DNA of 64,000 nt. Source: a virus. This document shows positions 1 to 7,180 of the stretch, one piece after another. Each line of letters starts with the position of its first letter. Position 1 is the first letter of the stretch. The notes under the pieces are model-generated. The model did not search any database. It saw only the letters and a program-made list of their open reading frames with translations, and was not told where the DNA came from. The stretch is taken from positions 31,181-95,180 of the IMG/VR virus record IMGVR_UViG_3300045971_000277; one strand, given 5' to 3'. The position numbers and the translations under genes were made by a program.

Positions 1-1
1 C

Positions 2-262
2 CTCGCCGGTTACGTCGGCAACGTCCTCAATGCTCAGATCATCACCGCCGCAGGCACTGGCGTGGAAGAGGTTGTTCCGGCCGGTACCGTGTACGCTGCG
101 ACCGATTCTGAGTACATGGGCGAGATGGGCGTCCGCGTTGAACTGTTCTCCGAGCCGTTCAACATGTTCTCTCAACGACGGTTGGTTAAGGGCTGGGCTT
201 TTGGTGAAATCATTGGTTTCGCCATTCCTAACTCGCGTGCCGTGGCTAAGGGTACCAAATAG
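2..262 (+). CDS. Major capsid protein, C-terminal fragment (gene starts before the window)
   Basis: Frame is open from base 2: LAGYVGNVLNAQIITAAGTGVEEVVPAGTVYAATDSEYMGEMGVRVELFSEPF...GWAFGEIIGFAIPNSRAVAKGTK*. This matches the end of HK97-fold capsid proteins of large myoviruses. Codon usage looks high-expression and a hairpin follows. Confidence 0.75.
   Translation, partial: LAGYVGNVLNAQIITAAGTGVEEVVPAGTVYAATDSEYMGEMGVRVELFSEPFNMFSQRRLVKGWAFGEIIGFAIPNSRAVAKGTK
253..262 (+). repeat. 10-bp direct repeat TACCAAATAG, copy 1 (copy 2 at 2055-2064), flanking the endonuclease/Mom gene
   Basis: Identical TACCAAATAG forms the last codons and stop of the capsid gene and of ORF 364-2064. Confidence 0.8.
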
Positions 263-290
263 CTGCACGTTTGTTCAGTAATCGAGTATC

Positions 291-317
291 GGACCCCGGG
301 GCGGTTGACCGGGGTCC
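291..317 (+). terminator. GC-rich hairpin after the capsid gene, probable intrinsic terminator
   Basis: GGACCCCGG-(9 nt)-CCGGGGTCC followed by ATTCTT. Confidence 0.6.
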
Positions 318-363
318 ATTCTTATATGGTTTACGCTGTGAATCGGTGGGCGCATAATAGTGC

Positions 364-2064
364 ATGAAAAAGCCGTTCCCGATTACGATAGAGCGATTCT
401 GTCAGTTGCAGGCCGATGGCGTGTCGATGTCTAAAATGGCGTCCCAGTACGGCATTAGCGTGGCTTGGGTGTCGACATGGGCCAAGCGGAATGGACTAGG
501 CTCAGCTATCAAGCCTACTGCGAATAAACAAGTAACAAAGGACGCGGTTGAGCAGGCGTGTGCAGAAGGCCTGTCGACACGACAAATGGCAGATAAGTTT
601 GGGATTAGTAAGGCGCTTGTTAGCGCGAAGCTAAAGCAATATGGAATCAAAACGCAGCACGAGGCGCTATATATGGCAGATGTAACGCCATACAAAGCAC
701 CCAAACCACCACAAAACCAGTACGTGGCGACTGCAGCGACGGATGCTGTGTATTGTGCCGCCATGTCTGAGTCGTCCAAAGCTTTATGGAATACCCCTGA
801 ATACCGCGCCCGCATGGGAGCCGCACAGGCGACGCCAGAATATAAGGCAAAAGTAGGAGAAGCAGCTAAACGTATGTGGGCGGATCAAGCGTTTAAGGCC
901 TATATGGTTGATGTAGTACTAAAGCCACGTGCGCGTGACCAAGCATTTAAGGTAAAGATGCAAGATATACGTGGTCGACGGCAATACCGCGATACTATAT
1001 CACGCAATTCTAAGCAGCTATGGATGGACCCAGAATTTAGAGCCAAGATGGTTCAGATTTGGATGGATCCGGCATACCGCGAGAAGATGTCGGAGTCATC
1101 TAAGAAAGTGTGGGAGCGCGACGGTTACGCAGACCAGATGGCAGTTGTCAGGTCGCAAATGCCGCGTGAGTATACAAAGCCACAAATGAAAGTGGTAGAT
1201 ATACTAACCACGTTAGGTATTGCACATCATACAGAACATGCAATAGGGCCATACTGCTTTGATATCTATATACCTCAGCACAATATACTGATTGAAGTGC
1301 AAGGCACGTATTGGCACGGCATCAAAAACGTTGAGCGTAATGATCGGGCTAAATCTACATATATAGAGCAATATAGACCTGAGTTAAAACTACATTACGT
1401 ATGGGAGCACGATTGTCTACAACCAGATAAAGTAATGGAGCAGATTAAATACTGGCTTGGGATAACTGAAATCGAGCTAGTCCAATACGAACTGACCGAT
1501 GTCGACGTCACTGTATCACAAGAGTCTAAGTTAATCGATAATTTCTTATATACATGGCATTATCAGCATCACGGACGCCATGGCTTAGACGTAGTTGCAA
1601 CGAGCAAAGGAGAAACAATAGCGGTTGCACGTTTCGCCTCGCCGTCGCGACAAGAGATTGCTACGTCGATCGAGTATAAGTTTAGCGAGACGTTAGAGTT
1701 AACCCGACTGTGTGTACATCCAAGGTATCAGAAGAAAAATCTACTAAGCTGGTTTTTGTCTAAGGCGGAGAAGCTGGTCAGACAAGCCCGGCCAGACGTC
1801 AAATGCTTGGTGTCGTTTGCCGACACCAGCTACGGACATACCGGGGCCGTATATAAGGCGTCGAACTGGGGATTGCACGCGACCGTTAAACCTAATTATT
1901 TTTACGTGGACTCGACCGGCTGGGTGATGCATAAGAAGACCCTATGGAACCATTCAAAGAAGATGGGAATGACGGAGACGGAGTACGCGGCTCAATATGG
2001 TTATCGTAAGCAGTGGGGGCGGGAGAAGCTTAAGTTTATTCGTCGGTTAGTTACTACCAAATAG
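364..2064 (+). CDS. Homing-endonuclease-like fusion: HTH repeats + NUMOD3-like repeats + Vsr/DUF559 nuclease + Mom-like GNAT domain
   Basis: Two N-terminal HTH-like segments (SMSKMASQYGIS, STRQMADKFGISK); W-x-DP-x-(F/Y)R-x-KM repeats; FDIYIP...IEVQGTYWH...NDRAK...VWEHD (DUF559/Vsr-like); C-terminal LELTRLC...VSFADTSYGHTGAVYKASNW (Mom-like). Confidence 0.75.
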   Translation: MKKPFPITIERFCQLQADGVSMSKMASQYGISVAWVSTWAKRNGLGSAIKPTANKQVTKDAVEQACAEGLSTRQMADKFGISKALVSAKLKQYGIKTQHEALYMADVTPYKAPKPPQNQYVATAATDAVYCAAMSESSKALWNTPEYRARMGAAQATPEYKAKVGEAAKRMWADQAFKAYMVDVVLKPRARDQAFKVKMQDIRGRRQYRDTISRNSKQLWMDPEFRAKMVQIWMDPAYREKMSESSKKVWERDGYADQMAVVRSQMPREYTKPQMKVVDILTTLGIAHHTEHAIGPYCFDIYIPQHNILIEVQGTYWHGIKNVERNDRAKSTYIEQYRPELKLHYVWEHDCLQPDKVMEQIKYWLGITEIELVQYELTDVDVTVSQESKLIDNFLYTWHYQHHGRHGLDVVATSKGETIAVARFASPSRQEIATSIEYKFSETLELTRLCVHPRYQKKNLLSWFLSKAEKLVRQARPDVKCLVSFADTSYGHTGAVYKASNWGLHATVKPNYFYVDSTGWVMHKKTLWNHSKKMGMTETEYAAQYGYRKQWGREKLKFIRRLVTTK

Positions 2065-2125
2065 GACAGCGCTATAATTCAGTCGGGCATGACGCCCACG
2101 GGCAAGACGCCCAAGAGGATATCAA

Positions 2126-2785
2126 ATGTTACTTAAGGTTACCAATATTAGTTCGTACGTAGTTTCGACCCCCGTGGGCGTGCTGAACCCCGGCGCAGTT
2201 TTCCCCAAGACCGGCGTGGCCGCATTCTACACGACTGCCGCGACTGAAAAGATGGCGGCTGACCTCGACGCCCTAGTCGCGCGTGGCGTCATCACATACC
2301 AGCTGGTTGATGAAACCAACCCGACCCCCGCGATTGCAGCCGTGCAGGCCAATGAAGTTCTAACGGCAGTCCTGACGGTGTCGAATGCTCAGGCCAAGGC
2401 GCTCAAGGCGACCGGTTTGACGTTGGTCCCGGCTCCCGGCGCTGGCCGTATCCTAGTTCCGATTGAGGCTACCGTGTATCTCAAGTACGGCGGCACCAAT
2501 GCATTTACCGCTCCTGCGTCGGAATCGCTTGTCGTTAAGCGCGTCGGCGGCGCTAACCTGCTGATCGGTGGCGCACAGGCGTTCCTGCAGGCTACTGCGT
2601 CGTCTGCAAACCGCATGACGTCGGCCAACGCGGCTCAGGCCTCCGTGACCGACTCCAAGACGCTATCGGACAACGTTGCTCTACAGTTCATCAACGTTGG
2701 CGCGGCTGAAATCGCGGGCAACGCCGGGGCCGATAACACCCTCGTGGTTGTTGCCTCTTACCGCATCGATCAGATCAGCTGGTAA
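2126..2785 (+). CDS. Putative capsid decoration/accessory virion protein
   Basis: Follows the capsid gene once the endonuclease insert is removed; good RBS (AGAGGA); high-expression codons; first ~60 aa homologous to the N-terminus of ORF 27733. Confidence 0.6.
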   Translation: MLLKVTNISSYVVSTPVGVLNPGAVFPKTGVAAFYTTAATEKMAADLDALVARGVITYQLVDETNPTPAIAAVQANEVLTAVLTVSNAQAKALKATGLTLVPAPGAGRILVPIEATVYLKYGGTNAFTAPASESLVVKRVGGANLLIGGAQAFLQATASSANRMTSANAAQASVTDSKTLSDNVALQFINVGAAEIAGNAGADNTLVVVASYRIDQISW

Positions 2786-2803
2786 CGAGTAAGTGAGTCG
2801 TGG

Positions 2804-2834
2804 TAGGCCCGTCGGTGAATATCCGACGGGCCTA
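2804..2834 (+). terminator. Perfect 12-bp-stem hairpin, probable terminator
   Basis: TAGGCCCGTCGG-TGAATAT-CCGACGGGCCTA just after the 2126-2785 stop. Confidence 0.65.
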
Positions 2835-2852
2835 TCTGTATTATAATTTAGC

Positions 2853-3272
2853 ATGCGAAACATTGACAATCTGACATTTTTCATTTTTGTCGCGTTCTGG
2901 CCCGTTTATCTCATATGGGAGATCGCGCTGTTTGTAATGCGCGGCAAGGGCATGAATGTTGATCTGATTAGCATGGAAGCACGCGATCGTGGATACCAAT
3001 TCAACACACTAGTCGTGCTTTGGTTCGCCCTGCCTGTCCATTTCTGGGTTAACTGGTATCGACCAGCTATGCCTAATATGCTGTGGGCCACCATCGTCTT
3101 CTGGGTCTTCATCGCCGCCACCCTAACATTCGACCTTATCCTACTCAACCGTGGTATTATGTACGACCAGCTGCCACAGGCACTACAGATCTATCGGTGG
3201 CCATTAACACAGGCCGTGCTGGGCGTACTGGCCGCGTATTTCCTGTTTCCCCAGAGAGGCGTGCTACCGTAG
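2853..3272 (+). CDS. Small multi-pass membrane protein of unknown function
   Basis: 139 aa with about four hydrophobic helices; TATAAT directly upstream (2842-2847). Confidence 0.65.
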   Translation: MRNIDNLTFFIFVAFWPVYLIWEIALFVMRGKGMNVDLISMEARDRGYQFNTLVVLWFALPVHFWVNWYRPAMPNMLWATIVFWVFIAATLTFDLILLNRGIMYDQLPQALQIYRWPLTQAVLGVLAAYFLFPQRGVLP

Positions 3273-3967
3273 TGGAACGTGAAGCTAGGTTGATCATATG
3301 TGACGGGTGTGGCGAAGAAAAGCCGCACGCCGGTAAAGGCCTATGTCGGGGTTGCTACTCCGAAGCCAGTGGTAAGGTGCGCGCAATGGAAGGCGCGTCC
3401 CAGCATAAAATTAAGCGGGACGTCGACAGTGGGCGTCCACTATGCCGGTGGTGTAAGCAGCCAGTGCCGAGACGCAAGCGGACGTTCTGTGGTGAAGATT
3501 GCATCCATGAATGGCGAATCCGGACGAGTCCACAGTACGTACGGATGAAGGTATTCGAACGCGACGGCGGCGTCTGTCTCAAGTGCGGCATCAGCACGCC
3601 CAAGATGGAACTCGTATTATCCGACTTATTCTACCATCAGCGTGATGCGTGGGAACTGATGTGGGGCATGCTACATGCGAACGGCTATAGCCAAAATCGC
3701 AAGAACGGGCTATGGGACGCCGACCATATCCAAGCTGTAACGGAGGGCGGAGGCGCATGCGGCCTAGATAACTACCGCACCCTCTGTATCCCATGCCACA
3801 AAGATGAGACACGAAAGCTGCATAAGCGAATGGCGGCGGCCCGCCGCGCCGGTCAAGACCCACACAGCGTCCCGCACGGTGTTGAATGGTCTGCGGATGA
3901 AGTTGAGGTAGCTAAGCAACGCATGTCAAAAATCGTTGCGGCACTCGGCTCAGGCTATTCCGGTTAA
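3272..3967 (+). CDS. HNH endonuclease with N-terminal zinc fingers
   Basis: Start reassigned to GTG 3272, overlapping the upstream TAG. CDGC...CRGC and CRWC...C zinc motifs; VFERDGGVCLKCG...WDADHIQAVTEGGGACGLDNYRTLCIPCH HNH core. Confidence 0.85.
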   Translation: MEREARLIICDGCGEEKPHAGKGLCRGCYSEASGKVRAMEGASQHKIKRDVDSGRPLCRWCKQPVPRRKRTFCGEDCIHEWRIRTSPQYVRMKVFERDGGVCLKCGISTPKMELVLSDLFYHQRDAWELMWGMLHANGYSQNRKNGLWDADHIQAVTEGGGACGLDNYRTLCIPCHKDETRKLHKRMAAARRAGQDPHSVPHGVEWSADEVEVAKQRMSKIVAALGSGYSG

Positions 3968-4012
3968 CGCAGTCTGTTACGCCCGGTATTAGTCGGCACG
4001 AATGGAGTCACT

Positions 4013-5257
4013 ATGGCAATGAAGGTAACGAAGTGGACCCCGCATCGTATAGAAGAGTTGACGAAGGTTCTGAGCGAAACCGGATCTCTCACAGAGACAG
4101 CCAAGCGGGTCGGTGAGTCACAGTCGGCCGTTCGTAGCGCGCTGACTAACAACGGCGTTAATATCAAGGCCATTATCCAGGCAAAGTCGATTGACACCGG
4201 GGCAATTGACCGTGAGAACAAGATCATCGAATTAGAGGATACAGTAAAGCAGCTGCGGGCCAAGTTAGCCGGGGCCGAAGAAGACGGATGGGACGAGAAG
4301 CGTGTGATTGAGCGCATCATGGACCTATCAAGTGACGCTCCGGAGCCACCCGGCTGGACCCTAAAGAACCGCGCATCCAAGCATAGTGCAGGCGTACCAT
4401 CGCTATTTGCCTCCGATTGGCACTGGGGCGAAGTGGTCGACCCAAATCAGGTCGCCGGGCTCAATCAGTATAATCTATCAATTGCGCATGAGCGGTCAAA
4501 GCTATTCGTCGCCAATACGATCGACATCCTGACGAACCATGTTGTCAACTACGATCGCAAGGGCCTAGTCATGCCGGTCGGCGGTGACATGTTCAGCGGC
4601 GACATTCATGAAGAGTTGATGGCGACGAACGAGACCGAACTAGGTCCGGCCTTCGTCGACCTAGAAGGCGTTTTCATCTGGATGATCGAGGAGTTGCTCA
4701 AGAATGTAGAGCAGCTATTCATCCCGTGGGTCACAGGCAACCACGGGCGGTGGACCCACAAGATCCGCGCAAAGGGTCGCGCCTTCACCAGCTTCGACTG
4801 GCTACTGGGTCAGGTCCTACGCAAGCATTTCGAGAAGGACCCACGCGTTACCTTTATGATCGGTAGCGGCAGCGACGTCCGCTTCAAGATCTTTGATTAT
4901 CGATACATGCTGAGCCACGGTGACCAGTTCCGTGGCGGCGACGGTATGGTAGGTGCGCTTGGTCCGATCATCCGTGGCGACCACCGTAAGCGTGGCCGGG
5001 CCAGTCAGGTTGGTCAGGACTATGATACCCTTATTATCGGCCACTGGCACCAGCTGATTCAGTTACGCCGCGTCATCGTCAATGGATCGGCTAAGGGATA
5101 CTGTGAGTACGCTTACTCCAATAACTTCCCATTTGAGCGACCGCAGCAGGCCTTATACTTTACACATCCTCAGCATGGTATAACGATTTCAATGCCTGTC
5201 ATCTTGGATCGTGGCGGGCCGAAGGAGGCTGAAAAGTGGGTCAGTTGGAATAAATAA
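4013..5257 (+). CDS. Calcineurin-like metallophosphoesterase with N-terminal HTH and coiled coil
   Basis: Ordered motifs SDWHWG, GGDMFSG, TGNHGR, SHGD, IGHWH; N-terminal HTH-like SLTETAKRVGESQSAVRSAL. Confidence 0.85.
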   Translation: MAMKVTKWTPHRIEELTKVLSETGSLTETAKRVGESQSAVRSALTNNGVNIKAIIQAKSIDTGAIDRENKIIELEDTVKQLRAKLAGAEEDGWDEKRVIERIMDLSSDAPEPPGWTLKNRASKHSAGVPSLFASDWHWGEVVDPNQVAGLNQYNLSIAHERSKLFVANTIDILTNHVVNYDRKGLVMPVGGDMFSGDIHEELMATNETELGPAFVDLEGVFIWMIEELLKNVEQLFIPWVTGNHGRWTHKIRAKGRAFTSFDWLLGQVLRKHFEKDPRVTFMIGSGSDVRFKIFDYRYMLSHGDQFRGGDGMVGALGPIIRGDHRKRGRASQVGQDYDTLIIGHWHQLIQLRRVIVNGSAKGYCEYAYSNNFPFERPQQALYFTHPQHGITISMPVILDRGGPKEAEKWVSWNK

Positions 5258-5285
5258 TTGCTACGACGCTGTTCCGCGCTGTTAT

Positions 5286-5350
5286 TTCGGTCGCACCACC
5301 ACAGTCTTCGGACTAGGCCCGACGTCACCGAAGGTATCATGGGGATACTT
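5286..5350 (+). ncRNA. Candidate structured RNA leader upstream of the PLMP-domain gene
   Basis: AGTC-TTCG-GACT cUUCGg hairpin (5303-5314) enclosed by TTCGGT/ACCGAA (5286-5291/5327-5332), then GTATC-ATGGG-GATAC hairpin (5334-5348), in a 128-nt intergenic gap. Confidence 0.4.
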
Positions 5351-5385
5351 AGGAGATTAGGGGTTTACAGGGTAGGCGGCGTTGA

Positions 5386-6315
5386 GTGCCCCGGCCAATT
5401 TCAGATCAGAACGTCACGGTTCTTGATGATCAACAAAGATTTCTCGAATATACCCACCCAGCAGTTGCGCGTAAGCTCCTAAAGGAAGGCGCAGCCGTTG
5501 TATGGTCCCGTGTACCGTTCGCTATTAAGTTGACCAGATCAGTCCCGCATCCATCCTATCAACGGAGAGCAGAAATGGAAGTTACAAGCTATACACAGTA
5601 TTTCCGCGAAGAGAAGGAAATCTACGTCCAGAACGTGTCGAACGCACAGGTGTCGGTTGCATTCGAAGTCGCCACCGGACACGTCGAGTCGCTGCTGTTC
5701 CCGAACAAGCGTGACCCGCTTAACCTGACCCAGTACTTCCCATTCGGCGTTATCAAGAACTCCATGGACTTCCGCAAGATGCTGACGCGGCGTCCGGCGG
5801 CGCTCACGCTGCTGAGCGAGGCTGAGTATCAGGCGTTCTATTCGAATAAGGCGAAGGAAGAGGGGCTATTCGTCAAGGACGGCAAGAAGCAGGTGCCGGA
5901 CGTCGAGGCCGCTATCAATCTGGCAGAAGAGGAGCGTCGGGCGTACCAGAATAAGGCCCCACTGCCCAATGCCCGTCCGTCTGAGCCCCTCCATGACGTG
6001 GTCCAGGATGACCCGCACTTCGGTGGCAAGAAGGAAGTCCGGGCGCACGAGCAGCTGCAGGTTGAGGACGTCGTCAACCCCCGCATCCTTCACCTCTGCA
6101 ATCAGGTTAAGTCCGAACTGACTGATCAGGAGAAGATGTCGGCGAATGAGCTACTGGGTGAGCTTAAGTCGCTCCGTGCCGACCTCAAGATGGATGACTT
6201 CGAATACATCAGGGCTCATGGCTGGTACCAGTCGGTCAAGAAGTGGGCTAAGGCCGCCATGGCCGATGTAGCCGAAAAGGAAGGCGTGGACGACGTAGCT
6301 GACTCCCGCCTATAG
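5386..6315 (+). CDS. Phage protein with N-terminal RRXRR/PLMP-like domain; probable second in-frame start at ATG 5575
   Basis: VTVLDDQQRFLEYTHPAVARKLLKEGAAVVWSRVPFAIKLT parallels the IscB PLMP consensus (VFVLD...PLMP.HPARARKLLK.GKA.V....PFTI.L). GGAG precedes ATG 5575 and codon usage changes there. Confidence 0.75.
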   Translation: MPRPISDQNVTVLDDQQRFLEYTHPAVARKLLKEGAAVVWSRVPFAIKLTRSVPHPSYQRRAEMEVTSYTQYFREEKEIYVQNVSNAQVSVAFEVATGHVESLLFPNKRDPLNLTQYFPFGVIKNSMDFRKMLTRRPAALTLLSEAEYQAFYSNKAKEEGLFVKDGKKQVPDVEAAINLAEEERRAYQNKAPLPNARPSEPLHDVVQDDPHFGGKKEVRAHEQLQVEDVVNPRILHLCNQVKSELTDQEKMSANELLGELKSLRADLKMDDFEYIRAHGWYQSVKKWAKAAMADVAEKEGVDDVADSRL

Positions 6316-6344
6316 TTTCTACCGAATCCCGGCAGTACATTATT

Positions 6345-6374
6345 GGGCGGGGCACCACCATGGTGACCCCGCCC
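6345..6374 (+). terminator. GC-rich hairpin, terminator or processing site
   Basis: GGGCGGGG-CACCA-CCA-TGGTG-A-CCCCGCCC in the intergenic gap. Confidence 0.5.
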
Positions 6375-6393
6375 TAATTGTATTGGAGATATT

Positions 6394-6744
6394 ATGTCGG
6401 GTCGATACCATACGCAGGAGTCTAGCTTCACGTTGGCAGCGGCAGCGTCGACTACGTTTGTATTCGGCCACGAGTCGTGTCCGTTCCAAGACGTTACATT
6501 ATGGCTGCGCGGCGCCACCAGCATTGGTTGGTCTATTGATTTTATGGACGAGACCAATTCGTATGCGATTGGGGCAGCTGGCGATACCGGTCTGACAGCG
6601 GCGACCACACCAAGCCCGACATGGTTCCTTACGGGTGTTCTGCCGCCCACCGTACGTCCCCGCGTTACATTGACCAACAATGGCGCTACAACCGTCATCG
6701 TGACGGCAACTTGGCTTGCACTGTCGCACCAGCCGAACGGATAA
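6394..6744 (+). CDS. Small beta-rich hypothetical (virion-associated) protein
   Basis: 116 aa, RBS GGAG, Thr/Ala-rich beta pattern, no signal peptide. Confidence 0.6.
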   Translation: MSGRYHTQESSFTLAAAASTTFVFGHESCPFQDVTLWLRGATSIGWSIDFMDETNSYAIGAAGDTGLTAATTPSPTWFLTGVLPPTVRPRVTLTNNGATTVIVTATWLALSHQPNG

Positions 6745-6747
6745 ATT

Positions 6748-7170
6748 ATGCGTAAACTACTTTGGTTAGTTCTTCTATTACCCGTCGTTGCATCAGCCCA
6801 ACAGGTGGCGAATCAAGGTCAAGGTAGCCCATCGACTGTCGCGCCATGGCGTGTCACCGTTACGTCCCCCGGCGGTGTTGCTACGGCCAGCGGCGCTATC
6901 TTGGCTCCGGGCGTACCGACCAACGTGGCTGTTAGCACGTCGTCGGCCGCCATTACTGGTCTGACGGCTAAGTCGACCCTACGTCTGATCTGCACCGTCG
7001 ACGTTCAGTATCGGGTCGGCACGGGTGCCATTACGGCAGTGACGACCGACAATGACCTACCGGGCCGTGTTATTGAGTATATTGCGTTGCCAACCGGCAT
7101 GACGTCGATTGCATTCGTCACGACGTCCGGGTCAGGCACGTGTAAAGTAGCCGTGATTCCGTCGGCCTAA
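6748..7170 (+). CDS. Small secreted beta-sandwich protein (Sec signal peptide)
   Basis: MRKLLWLVLLLPVVASA|QQ with A-S-A cleavage motif; two Cys in the mature domain. Confidence 0.7.
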   Translation: MRKLLWLVLLLPVVASAQQVANQGQGSPSTVAPWRVTVTSPGGVATASGAILAPGVPTNVAVSTSSAAITGLTAKSTLRLICTVDVQYRVGTGAITAVTTDNDLPGRVIEYIALPTGMTSIAFVTTSGSGTCKVAVIPSA

Positions 7171-7180
7171 AGGAGTTCAG

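Noticed and set aside
3083-3271. N-terminal extension of the HNH ORF in the ORF track
   Set aside because: Overlaps the membrane gene in another frame; GTG 3272 coupled to the upstream stop is the better start. Extensions at 16067, 16872, 23464, 33133 and 59851-60075 were trimmed for the same reason.
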